Positions 1-8,254 of a stretch of 64,000 nt of DNA are shown here, piece after piece. The notes below the pieces were generated by a model. The model did no database searches, had not been told where the DNA came from, and saw only the letters and a list, made by a program, of their open reading frames with translations. Position 1 is the first letter of the stretch, and each line of letters starts with the position of its first letter. Origin of the DNA: Thermoplasmata archaeon (GTDB lineage Archaea > Thermoplasmatota > Thermoplasmata > RBG-16-68-12 > SOIM01); assembly GCA_023140195.1 (NCBI GenBank), contig JAGLME010000014.1:17656-81655 (forward strand), given 5' to 3'. Position numbers and translations under genes: made by a program.

Positions 1-7
1 GAGGATC

Positions 8-661
8 ATGACGTTTGATATGAGGGCCGTTCATTCGGTCACCATCGAGCTTCACGGTGGAATGCTTACACTGGCTTTCATCTGCATTGCTATCAAGGTC
101 ATCGACATGCTTTGGGGCAGGTTCCTGGGAGAGAAGGGTGGGTTCCTTCGAAGGGTGTTGCTGAAGGCGTCCGAGTATTCTTCGCCGACCATTCTGCTGG
201 CGGCCATCGGCGGGGTCGTCGGCCTGCTGCTGTCAGCATATACCGGAGCGAGTCTTGTTCCTGAAGGCACTCTCCAAACCTCTTCTATCACTCTCAACAA
301 GGTCATGGTAACGGTTGCGGCAACTGAGCTCTGGATGCTGTTGATAGCCTTCAACTTGACCTACGGAGAGAAATCCTGGGACACCAGGAACAGGTCCCTC
401 ATGATGATCTTCACCGGAGGCCTGGGCTACTTCTTCTCCATCACTGGTGGCAGCATCGGGGGCACCATGGCAGGAAAGGTCAGCATTATGGAACCGCTCT
501 GGGAGTTCCTTGGCGTGGACCTTCATGCATCCTGGATATTCCCGCCTGAACTCTTGTACGTGATTGTGGCCGTTGTGAGCATCATCGGTGTTCTGTTGGT
601 CATCTACTCCAGCAAGATCCTTGACATAGTATCCATCAGGCACAGAACATCCAACAAATAG
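8..661 (+). CDS. polytopic integral membrane protein, function unknown
   Basis: 217-aa ORF with 5-6 hydrophobic helices (LTLAFICIAIKVI, ILLAAIGGVVGLLLSAY, VMVTVAATELWMLLIAF, LLYVIVAVVSIIGVLLVIY). No stop lies between the window edge and the ATG at 8, so the start may be upstream. No family motif recognised. Confidence 0.55.
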   Translation: MTFDMRAVHSVTIELHGGMLTLAFICIAIKVIDMLWGRFLGEKGGFLRRVLLKASEYSSPTILLAAIGGVVGLLLSAYTGASLVPEGTLQTSSITLNKVMVTVAATELWMLLIAFNLTYGEKSWDTRNRSLMMIFTGGLGYFFSITGGSIGGTMAGKVSIMEPLWEFLGVDLHASWIFPPELLYVIVAVVSIIGVLLVIYSSKILDIVSIRHRTSNK

Positions 662-700
662 CCGGTTTTCGAATTCGTCATTCCATTGCGATTTCGGGAA

Positions 701-723
701 GTTAGATATATCTTGTCGTCATT
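701..723 (+). promoter_or_regulatory. putative TATA-box promoter of multihaem cytochrome cassette A
   Basis: GTTAGATATATCTTGTCGTCATT lies about 55 nt upstream of the ATG at 762. A near-identical element, GGTAGATATAGTTTGTCGTCATT, sits at the same distance from the paralogous gene (6533-6555). GGAGAGGAAGGGG RBS-like stretch at 749-761. Confidence 0.5.
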
Positions 724-761
724 ACCAACACGGCAAAAACCGATTTACGGAGAGGAAGGGG

Positions 762-2465
762 ATGAAACTCACCAAAAGAGACTTAGGTGTGCTGGTATTT
801 GCGGCTTCCCTTGTAGTGTTTTTCTTCGCCGTTGTCGGTTTCGTATCCACTGATATGAAGGCGGATACACCAGGAACGCGGGCGACAGGCGACTATCTAG
901 GTCCCGAATACTGTCAGCAATCTGGATGCCATATTGATATCTATGATTCTTGGATCACATCTCCACACGCGAGCGCCTGGGACACCCTGAACACATCTGC
1001 CGAGAAGAAGGAATGGTGTGAGACCTGCCACACTACTGGAGCCAATGACACAGATCACAACGGCTTCGATCCCGCCACCGACCAGCCTGAGTATCTGAAG
1101 AATGTGACCTGTGAGTCATGCCATGGCCCGGATCCACACTCGTCAGGTTCATCTGATGCAGTGGACTACGGTCCCTCTGTTTGCGGGACATGCCACACAT
1201 CCGAGATTGCCAACACAACAAGGACGTATCATCCTTACTACGACGAATGGGTGAACTCAAAACACGCCATATCTCTCACTGCCGCAGGAGGTATCGTTGC
1301 CACAGATCCAGACTGTCAAGGATGCCACGTTGCCCAGATTGCGATCGCGGAGACCATTGAGGGCGGAACTGCCCAACTCCCTGTGACCGATCCCCAGCCA
1401 ATAACATGCGCCGTGTGCCACGATCCTCACGGCTCTCCCTATCAGAGCCAATTGCGTCTGGACCCGGCAGATTTGTGCGCTACCTGTCATTCTGGAACAA
1501 CTGTGCCTGGCGAAGAGATCAGACACCCCCAATCTTCCATGAGAGAGGGTACCAGCGGCATCAAACCCACTGACGTTCCAAAGAAGGATTTCATGGCGGA
1601 TGTTCTGTGTGCCGACTGCCACCTGTACTCATCCGGTCCTCCCCAGAACATAACTGGACACTCGTTCAGCTTCAAGCCAGAGGCATGCGCGGACTGCCAC
1701 AACGGGAATCCCAGGACATTCGATCTCTCCGTTGATCAGGCTCTGACGGCCGTCAACGCATACCAGTCCAGTACCTCAACTCTCCGAGATCAGGTCGCCT
1801 TCGACCTCGGCATCGCATATTCTATGATCGAGAACGCCACCCGTTACGGTTTCGACCTGGCCACCATCGATCTTGCCATGGATAATTATGAGGATGCCAA
1901 TTACTCCTACGGTTTCGTCACCGCGGACAAGAGTCAGGGTGCTCACAATCCGCAGTATGCCATGGCCTTGCTCAACTTCGCTTCCGACCGGATCGATATG
2001 GTCAAGAACGCTCTGCAGCCCGGACTCGTTACCGGTGTCATCAAGGACTCGGATGACGATACGGTTTCAGGTGTGATTGTCAGACGGAGCGGAAAGGATC
2101 TGGCCATTTCAGGTGCAGATGGTACGTACTCATTTGAATATGCATCTGGAACCTATGATTTCGACCTGGTCAAGGACGGGGAACACGTCGGGACTGTGAG
2201 TCAAGTCTCCATTGTAGGCGGGTCCATGACAAACGCTGGTGAGAGCGTCATAAGCTTCTCCGAGCCGTTCGACTGGACTCTTCCTTTGCTCGCAGTCATA
2301 ATCGTCCTAGTGATACTCCTCGTATTCCTCTTCATGAGATCGGCGGGCAAGAAGGAAGAAAGGGATGGACCCTCGGAAGAACCTGAGGACGAGAAAGAGT
2401 CTCCTGCGACTGATGAGGATAGAGTTGATGAATCCCAGGTCGAGAAAGAACCCGAGATGAAGTGA
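762..2465 (+). CDS. membrane-anchored multihaem c-type cytochrome (8 CxxCH + 1 CX4CH)
   Basis: N-terminal signal/anchor helix. CxxCH motifs: CETCH, CESCH, CGTCH, CQGCH, CAVCH, CATCH, CADCH, CADCH, plus the conserved CQQSGCH. Helical middle region, then a carboxypeptidase-regulatory-like beta domain (GVIKDSDDDTVSGVIV...GTYDFDLVKDG), a C-terminal TM helix and an acidic tail. Paralogue of 6591-8222. Confidence 0.9.
   Translation: MKLTKRDLGVLVFAASLVVFFFAVVGFVSTDMKADTPGTRATGDYLGPEYCQQSGCHIDIYDSWITSPHASAWDTLNTSAEKKEWCETCHTTGANDTDHNGFDPATDQPEYLKNVTCESCHGPDPHSSGSSDAVDYGPSVCGTCHTSEIANTTRTYHPYYDEWVNSKHAISLTAAGGIVATDPDCQGCHVAQIAIAETIEGGTAQLPVTDPQPITCAVCHDPHGSPYQSQLRLDPADLCATCHSGTTVPGEEIRHPQSSMREGTSGIKPTDVPKKDFMADVLCADCHLYSSGPPQNITGHSFSFKPEACADCHNGNPRTFDLSVDQALTAVNAYQSSTSTLRDQVAFDLGIAYSMIENATRYGFDLATIDLAMDNYEDANYSYGFVTADKSQGAHNPQYAMALLNFASDRIDMVKNALQPGLVTGVIKDSDDDTVSGVIVRRSGKDLAISGADGTYSFEYASGTYDFDLVKDGEHVGTVSQVSIVGGSMTNAGESVISFSEPFDWTLPLLAVIIVLVILLVFLFMRSAGKKEERDGPSEEPEDEKESPATDEDRVDESQVEKEPEMK
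934..1140 (+). repeat. high-identity tract shared with 6763-6969 (candidate gene-conversion tract between cytochrome paralogues)
   Basis: Includes a 47-nt perfect match (ttgatatctatgattcttggatcacatctccacacgcgagcgcctgg). Only scattered mismatches over about 200 nt, whereas the rest of the two genes is clearly more diverged at nucleotide level. Confidence 0.7.
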
Positions 2466-3472
2466 ACATGTTGAAGGAACGCCGGAGCCAAGTCCTGGTA
2501 GCGACACTAGCCCTCGTCGCCTCAATCTGCTTGTCATCAATGACCTTCGGCTTTCCAAGCGGCACTGGCGATTCCAGCATTGGATATGGTGGTTGCGCCG
2601 TTACTGGCTGTCATTTCGACGATCCACAAGAAGGGAACGCAACCGTCGAAATGTGGGCCTCAAGCCTTTCTGTGCTCGTGGATGAGACGGTCACCGTCTA
2701 CATCAATGTCACTTCCTGGACGCTCTCCTCCAATAACATGATCGGCATCTTCCTTGTGAGGGCGCTTACGGCGGATGACACTGACGTCCCTTCAAGCGAC
2801 GGTTGGAGGATTACTACGGACCCCAACGGGAACAAGCACAACTATGTGCAAACCACCGTGAGCGGTCCCGGAGATACGGCATCCTTCCGGTGGGAGCTTC
2901 GCGCACCCTTCTCCTCTGGTACCTACAGCCTATTTGCGAGGGTACACCACGGGGGAGGAAGTGCATATTGGGTCGAGGATTCCACGGGGCTCACGTTCGT
3001 GGTTGAGCCCGATGTTTCTGCTCCGCCAGACTTGGTCCTGGTGGACACTTTCTGCGCTTCGGAGTCAGAGGAAGGTGAGCAGATTGTTCTGTATGCCACA
3101 CTATTCAACGATTACACTGCTGATTTGGACGGGATAAGCATCGATTTCGAGATAGACGGCGTGGTCGTTGCCGAGGTTGTCAATCTGACAGTCACCGGCA
3201 AGGGGATCCGCAATGCGACCGCGACTTGGACCTCTGCGGATGCTGGTAACTTCACACTCAATGCAATCGTAGATCCTCAGAACGATATTGTTGAGAGTGA
3301 TGAATCGAACAATGAACTTGGCTTTTCATTCTTGGTTACTGAACCAGAGCCTGAGCCGGTCCCCCGGTTTGAGATACTTGGCCTCTTGCTGGCCGCGCTT
3401 TTCGTTTTCATCGCCTCGGTGGCGGTCATCGGCTTATTGAGAAGGGAGGAGGACGAAGATGAGGAGGATTAG
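2462..3472 (+). CDS. secreted, C-terminally anchored protein with CX4CH motif and CARDB-like domain
   Basis: GTG start overlaps the upstream stop (GTGA). Signal/anchor VLVATLALVASICLSS, with GGCAVTGCH just after it. Beta-rich domain with SSDGW. CARDB-like C-terminal domain (ESDESNNELGF). C-terminal TM helix plus an EEDEDEED tail. Paralogue of 8255-9274. Confidence 0.75.
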   Translation: MNMLKERRSQVLVATLALVASICLSSMTFGFPSGTGDSSIGYGGCAVTGCHFDDPQEGNATVEMWASSLSVLVDETVTVYINVTSWTLSSNNMIGIFLVRALTADDTDVPSSDGWRITTDPNGNKHNYVQTTVSGPGDTASFRWELRAPFSSGTYSLFARVHHGGGSAYWVEDSTGLTFVVEPDVSAPPDLVLVDTFCASESEEGEQIVLYATLFNDYTADLDGISIDFEIDGVVVAEVVNLTVTGKGIRNATATWTSADAGNFTLNAIVDPQNDIVESDESNNELGFSFLVTEPEPEPVPRFEILGLLLAALFVFIASVAVIGLLRREEDEDEED

Positions 3473-4121
3473 TCGCTTTCACTTCCTGTTCACTTGCCTC
3501 GCATCGGTCGTGGTAGTACTTCTCGCTGCTCCGCTGGGCGACAGCTATCAGAACGTGGACGTTGAGAGTTGTGGCGACGCGGAGACCCCGTGTCATGGTG
3601 TGCAGGATTCCAGCGTCAACATCGTTGTGGACGGGCCAGACACTGTCCATACCAACATCCCTGCCACATATATCATCACCGTTATTGGCGGTCCGTCTGA
3701 AACTTATGGTTACTTCGTGCTGGTTGAGGATCCAGATGGTGTCAGCAGGGATCTTCAAGGAGAATTCTTGTTTGAGGTCGCGCCTAACTCGGTAACCAGG
3801 GTGGGAGAGACCAACACCTTTGTCATTGAGTTCACTCCCCCCAGATATGCTGTTCATCTGAAGATGACTGTTGCTGCTGTTTCCTCTGACAACAGTGGAG
3901 AACCGTCCGGTGATGGCTGGAACACAGTTGAGAAGGACATCAAGGTCGAGTACCCATCGAGCGTGGAGTTCCCAGGTCTGGACGTTTCATCAAACGCACA
4001 TCTTCTCGGCTCCGGCATTCTTGCGGTCGGATTCGTGATGTGGGTCGCATTCACATTGATTGATAGAAAGGTCAAGAAGGAGGTGTCGAGAGCTGCAAGA
4101 CGAAAAGAACGGGATAACTAG
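3459..4121 (+). CDS. secreted, C-terminally anchored protein with CX6CH motif
   Basis: ATG overlaps the upstream gene by 14 nt. N-terminal hydrophobic signal, SCGDAETPCH motif, SGDGW motif as in 2462-3472 and 8255-9274. C-terminal TM (ILAVGFVMWVAFTLI) plus a basic tail. Confidence 0.7.
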   Translation: MRRISRFHFLFTCLASVVVVLLAAPLGDSYQNVDVESCGDAETPCHGVQDSSVNIVVDGPDTVHTNIPATYIITVIGGPSETYGYFVLVEDPDGVSRDLQGEFLFEVAPNSVTRVGETNTFVIEFTPPRYAVHLKMTVAAVSSDNSGEPSGDGWNTVEKDIKVEYPSSVEFPGLDVSSNAHLLGSGILAVGFVMWVAFTLIDRKVKKEVSRAARRKERDN

Positions 4122-4659
4122 AAGGGAGTTCTTGTCACGAGTGGCGCAAGGAGCTATCGCGGCAGGTCTGGGCATCGCGGTGGCCGAGGTCGCCTACCTG
4201 TTCAGCTACTTCGGTCCGACCGAGGGCTTCATGTCTGATTGGAAAGGCTCCCTTCCGAAGCGCGACGAGGAAGGCTTCCTAGTGTTCGATCAGAAGTTCA
4301 TCTCGGAGTCCATGATAATCGACATCATTGCGAGGACTGGCAGTTTCATCTTCCTCTTCGAGGGCGAGTTCCACGGCAGGAACGAGCTCCTTCCGGGAAT
4401 AATCTCCAGGGACGCCCAGGGAGTCCTCTTCGCATCGTCCAGGAAGTGCACCCATGAGGGCTGTCTGGTTGAGTTCAGGGATGATGTGGTCGTGAGCTCC
4501 AAGAGCTACCAGAAGGTCTGGTATTGCCTGTGCCATGACGCAATTTTCAATGCCAACAATAATGGGGGCGTACTCGCCGGTCCTCCCCCATCCCCGCTCC
4601 AGCAGTTCGACATAGAAGTGAATGAAGGTGGAAAGAAAGTGAAGTTGATACCACGGTGA
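4060..4659 (+). CDS. Rieske [2Fe-2S] protein with twin-arginine signal
   Basis: Tat motif TRREFLSRV. Rieske boxes CTHEGC and CLCHDA. The only in-frame start upstream of the Tat motif is TTG at 4060, which overlaps the upstream gene by 62 nt. Confidence 0.88.
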   Translation: MIERSRRRCRELQDEKNGITRREFLSRVAQGAIAAGLGIAVAEVAYLFSYFGPTEGFMSDWKGSLPKRDEEGFLVFDQKFISESMIIDIIARTGSFIFLFEGEFHGRNELLPGIISRDAQGVLFASSRKCTHEGCLVEFRDDVVVSSKSYQKVWYCLCHDAIFNANNNGGVLAGPPPSPLQQFDIEVNEGGKKVKLIPR

Positions 4660-4660
4660 T

Positions 4661-5389
4661 ATGGTGGGAATACTAGGTAAGATCCAGACATTCAGCATTA
4701 CGAAGCTCTTCCAACGCCTAGTCAATTGGATTCTTACCAGCGCTGGTCTGAAAGAGATCTGGGAGCATCAGGTCCAGAAGGGCGTTCCCCGGCACGCTCG
4801 AAACCCACTATGGTGTCTGGGCGGAGTGACGCTTGTCGCCTTCATAGTTCAAGTCATGAGCGGGACCTTCCTCGCAACCTATTACGTTCCGTCTGTTGAC
4901 CACGCATGGGACAGCATCAGGTACATCGAACAGGCGGTCCCCTTCGGGTACATCATCAGGAACATCCATCGGTGGACGGCCAACATAATGGTGATCACTC
5001 TGGTCCTTCACGCCATGAGGGTCTACTTCACTAAGGCATACAGAAAGCCAAGGGAACTCAACTGGATGGTTGGTGTGACCCTCTTCTTCATGACGATTGG
5101 GATTGCATTCACCGGATACATTCTCCCCTGGGACCAACGCGCCTATTGGGCCGCGACCGTGGGCACCAACATGATCACTGCTCTCAGCGGTATGCCCGTC
5201 ATAGGCTCCTTCTTACTTCCGATAACTCAGTTTGCCCGGGAGGTGTTCATTGGCGGTGGCGAGATCGGACCCTCTACTCTTACCAGATTCTACGGATTCC
5301 ACATACTGATATTCCCTTTGAGCATCATGATGCTCCTCTTGACCCACTTCTACCTGGTCAGAAAGCACGGGATTGCTGATCCATTATGA
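4661..5389 (+). CDS. cytochrome b6-like subunit (N-terminal four-helix half of cytochrome b)
   Basis: Starts 2 nt after the Rieske stop. His pairs in NIHRWTANIMVITLVLHAMRVYF and FYGFHILIFPLSIMMLLLTHFYLV. Size is typical of split b6-type proteins. Confidence 0.9.
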   Translation: MVGILGKIQTFSITKLFQRLVNWILTSAGLKEIWEHQVQKGVPRHARNPLWCLGGVTLVAFIVQVMSGTFLATYYVPSVDHAWDSIRYIEQAVPFGYIIRNIHRWTANIMVITLVLHAMRVYFTKAYRKPRELNWMVGVTLFFMTIGIAFTGYILPWDQRAYWAATVGTNMITALSGMPVIGSFLLPITQFAREVFIGGGEIGPSTLTRFYGFHILIFPLSIMMLLLTHFYLVRKHGIADPL

Positions 5390-5390
5390 G

Positions 5391-5852
5391 ATGAGAGAAA
5401 TGGTCGCGAAGAAAGAGAAAACCAAGAGAAGAACGCTGAGATCGAGGCCCTTCTGGCCCGGATTCGCCTTAGAGGAACTCTCGATCTTACTGCTATTCTT
5501 CGGCCTCATTCTCATTTTGGCCTCACTCCTTCACCCCTCACAGATATTCGAGTCTGGGCTGGGAGAAACAGAGCTCCAGAGGCTGGAATATCCCGCCGAC
5601 CCCTTCAACACTCCTCCACAGATCCTGCCCGAATGGTACTTCCTCGCCGTCTTTGAGCTCCTGAAGATGATGGATGCCTGGATAGTCACTCTTCTCATCG
5701 GCCTATTCGCGGTCGGGTTCATCAGTGTGCCATTTGCTGAGAGGTTCCTGTCCAAGTACAATGTTGGGGACTGGGTGTTGAGAATTGCTGTCATATTCAT
5801 CGTTATCATTTTCCTGTATTTCACTGCAAAGGGAATGGGTATGGTGGATTAG
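5391..5852 (+). CDS. cytochrome b C-terminal half / subunit IV-like protein
   Basis: PEWYFLAVFELLK (PEWY quinol-site motif) and 3 TM helices. ATG at 5391 lies directly after the cyt b stop (ORF opens at TTG 5373). Confidence 0.85.
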   Translation: MREMVAKKEKTKRRTLRSRPFWPGFALEELSILLLFFGLILILASLLHPSQIFESGLGETELQRLEYPADPFNTPPQILPEWYFLAVFELLKMMDAWIVTLLIGLFAVGFISVPFAERFLSKYNVGDWVLRIAVIFIVIIFLYFTAKGMGMVD

Positions 5853-5860
5853 GTGGTCGA

Positions 5861-6151
5861 ATGAACGAGGAGAAGAAGGAATCAAGGCTCAAGAAATCCA
5901 AGCCCCTATTCGCGGTCATCTTCTTCGTATCACTTGGCGGGTTCTCCGGAAGCCAGGTCCTCTATGCAATACAGGCATTGGCGAGAGGATTCGACATATT
6001 GTGGCTCATCGAGTTCTTCGTATTCGGCTTCTTGCTCGTGTTATCGTTCGTGGTGCTTCTCACCATCATTTATGTTCTCGACACTTCGCAGGGCAGGATT
6101 AAACACAGGAACAAGTTCCTTGAGAGCTTCTTGGGTGATCAGAATGGATGA
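5861..6151 (+). CDS. small 2-TM membrane protein in Rieske/cyt b operon
   Basis: 96-aa ORF 9 nt after the subunit IV gene, with two long hydrophobic helices. Its stop overlaps the next ATG. Confidence 0.55.
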   Translation: MNEEKKESRLKKSKPLFAVIFFVSLGGFSGSQVLYAIQALARGFDILWLIEFFVFGFLLVLSFVVLLTIIYVLDTSQGRIKHRNKFLESFLGDQNG

Positions 6152-6458
6152 GTCGACCGTGAGACATGCTGCCACAGTATCCCTGCTGGCAACGTTCGCG
6201 TTCCTTCCTATCGTTTTCTATTTCATGGCAGTGTCCTACCTTGAAGAGGCTTATGCGGAATCCGCCTTCCTTATCGGCGTTTCATTCGTTCTCATAGCCC
6301 AACTGGTCTACTACTTCGAGAGGGCGTTCACTCCCGCAGAGATCTGGAGGACAAAGGACGGATTCATGGTCCGCCTGATCGGAGAGAAGCCGGCTGAAGA
6401 TGTGTCCTCGTCCGGTCAAGTGGAGGAACCTGGCGAGGAGGCAAGCGAGAAACAGTGA
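6144..6458 (+). CDS. small 2-TM membrane protein with acidic tail
   Basis: The internal ATG at 6144 of ORF 5934-6458 overlaps the upstream stop (ATGGATGA). MDESTV... has two hydrophobic helices and an acidic C-terminus. Confidence 0.55.
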   Translation: MDESTVRHAATVSLLATFAFLPIVFYFMAVSYLEEAYAESAFLIGVSFVLIAQLVYYFERAFTPAEIWRTKDGFMVRLIGEKPAEDVSSSGQVEEPGEEASEKQ

Positions 6459-6460
6459 GG

Positions 6461-6481
6461 TCCTATTTCGGAGGGTTTTTG
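6461..6481 (+). terminator. possible oligo-T terminator of cassette A operon
   Basis: TCCTATTTCGGAGGGTTTTTG directly after the stop at 6458. Archaeal terminators are T-tracts. Weak evidence. Confidence 0.3.
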
Positions 6482-6532
6482 AGGCAGAAAAGGGGAGTCC
6501 ACTCTTCATTCTGAGATTGTCGTTTTTCGCAA

Positions 6533-6555
6533 GGTAGATATAGTTTGTCGTCATT
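6533..6555 (+). promoter_or_regulatory. putative TATA-box promoter of multihaem cytochrome cassette B
   Basis: GGTAGATATAGTTTGTCGTCATT, the paralogous copy of 701-723. AGGAGG RBS at 6581-6586 precedes the TTG start at 6591. Confidence 0.5.
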
Positions 6556-6590
6556 CAAAGTTTGCGATACGAACCTACGGAGGAGGAAGA

Positions 6591-8222
6591 TTGGACACGA
6601 AAAGGAATCGCATTTTTAAGATTCTACTTCTCTCAGTTGTCTTCATCTTCATCGTTGTTCTGATGTCTTTTGCGACCTCTGACTTGAGCGCCGACTCACA
6701 TGGAACCCGCGCTCCCGGAGATTACAAGGGGCCTGAATACTGTCAACAACCCGGCTGCCATGTTGATATCTATGATTCTTGGATCACATCTCCACACGCG
6801 AGCGCCTGGAACACCCTGAACGCATCGCCCGAGAAGAAGGAATGGTGTGAGACCTGCCACACTACTGGAGCCAATGAGCCAGAACACAACGGCTTCGATC
6901 CCGCCACCGACCAACCTGAATATCTGAAGAATGTGACCTGCGAGTCATGCCACGGACCCGACCCGATGTCACTGGCAGATTCGTCAGATGCTACGGATTA
7001 CGACGCTGCGGTCTGCGGCACTTGTCATAGGACCGCTCAGTTCGACGGCCAATCGAAGACCTATCACCCCTATTATGACGAATGGTCGAACTCATCCCAT
7101 GCCCTTTCTCTCACAGCACAGGGAGGACTCGTCGCCACCGATCCAAGTTGCCAGGGCTGTCACGTCGCACAGGTAGCAATCGCTGAGAACTTCGAAGGAG
7201 GGACAGCAGAGCGACCTGTCAAGGACCCCCAGCCCATAGTCTGCGCTGTTTGTCACGATCCCCATGGATCATCCAATGAGAATCAGCTGAGGAAGCCAAT
7301 TGAAGAGATATGCAGTACGTGTCATACCGTGGGTTCGCCCTTGCCTGGCGAGGTCATCAGACATCCACAATCCTCCATGAGAACAGGTATCAGCGGGATC
7401 GATGTGTCCAAGGTCCCCAGGTTGGAGTTCATGAGAGACGCTCTCTGTTCAGACTGTCACATGTACTCGACCGGGCCGCCTCAGAACATAACCGGACACA
7501 CATTCAGGCCAAAGATGGAGGCGTGCGTCTCTTGCCATGCTGCGGACTCCAGAACATTTCCCATTACAGTAGATCAGGCTTCCAGCGCGGTTAACTCTTG
7601 GCAGTCTATTACCCTCGAGAGGTTGCTTTCGACCGAATCAAATCTGACCCTTGCCAAGAATGCGATTGACAACGCCCATCTGTATCATTTCAGCGATCAG
7701 GTCTTGAACACTGCTCAGAATCTGTACGATGACGCCAACTACTCCTACAGTTTCGTGATCGCTGACAGGAGTCAAGGAGCACATAACCTCCCGTACGCAC
7801 TTGCCCTTTTGGACTTTGCCAACGAAAGCTCGCAGGGAATAATCGATATGCTAACGCCAGGAAAGGTGGTCGGGAAGATCGTGGACCAGGATGGAGAGGA
7901 TGTTGTCGGCGCTTCAGTTCTGTTGAACGGTGAGCAGATAGCGGTTTCTGGAAGTGGCGGGAGCTTTGCCATCGATATTGCTCCTGGTACATACACGTTC
8001 AAGATCAAAAAAGACGGCTCGACCATTGGGTCTGTTGAGAACGTCGAGGTTCTGTATAGAGATACCACGGATTTAGGGACCATTTCAACCGAACCCACTC
8101 AAGGAGGATTAGAATTAATGATTCTGGTGGCCGTCTTGATCATCATCGTTGTGGTCATAGTGGTCGTCTATTTCGTGAGATTCAAGCCGCCAAAGGAGAA
8201 TGAGAAGCCGGACGAAGAATAG
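6591..8222 (+). CDS. membrane-anchored multihaem c-type cytochrome, paralogue of 762-2465
   Basis: TTG start after AGGAGG. Same set of 8 CxxCH motifs plus CQQPGCH. Same helical region (GAHNLPYALALL), beta domain (GKIVDQDGEDVVGASV...GTYTFKIKKDG), C-terminal TM and charged tail. Confidence 0.9.
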   Translation: MDTKRNRIFKILLLSVVFIFIVVLMSFATSDLSADSHGTRAPGDYKGPEYCQQPGCHVDIYDSWITSPHASAWNTLNASPEKKEWCETCHTTGANEPEHNGFDPATDQPEYLKNVTCESCHGPDPMSLADSSDATDYDAAVCGTCHRTAQFDGQSKTYHPYYDEWSNSSHALSLTAQGGLVATDPSCQGCHVAQVAIAENFEGGTAERPVKDPQPIVCAVCHDPHGSSNENQLRKPIEEICSTCHTVGSPLPGEVIRHPQSSMRTGISGIDVSKVPRLEFMRDALCSDCHMYSTGPPQNITGHTFRPKMEACVSCHAADSRTFPITVDQASSAVNSWQSITLERLLSTESNLTLAKNAIDNAHLYHFSDQVLNTAQNLYDDANYSYSFVIADRSQGAHNLPYALALLDFANESSQGIIDMLTPGKVVGKIVDQDGEDVVGASVLLNGEQIAVSGSGGSFAIDIAPGTYTFKIKKDGSTIGSVENVEVLYRDTTDLGTISTEPTQGGLELMILVAVLIIIVVVIVVVYFVRFKPPKENEKPDEE

Positions 8223-8254
8223 TGGCTACATTGGAGCAATGAGGGAGGAATCGG

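Noticed and set aside
4661-5852. Cytochrome b split into two ORFs as a possible frameshifted pseudogene
   Set aside because: The split falls exactly at the b6/subunit IV boundary, known from b6f-type and Firmicute/archaeal complexes. Both parts are intact, with a start codon directly after the first stop.
5934-6143. N-terminal 70 codons of ORF 5934-6458, overlapping 5861-6151 in another frame
   Set aside because: This part is Ser/Cys/Arg-rich and non-membrane-like, and it overlaps a plausible 2-TM ORF. The ATG at 6144 overlaps the upstream stop codon and begins a coherent 2-TM protein, so only 6144-6458 is called.
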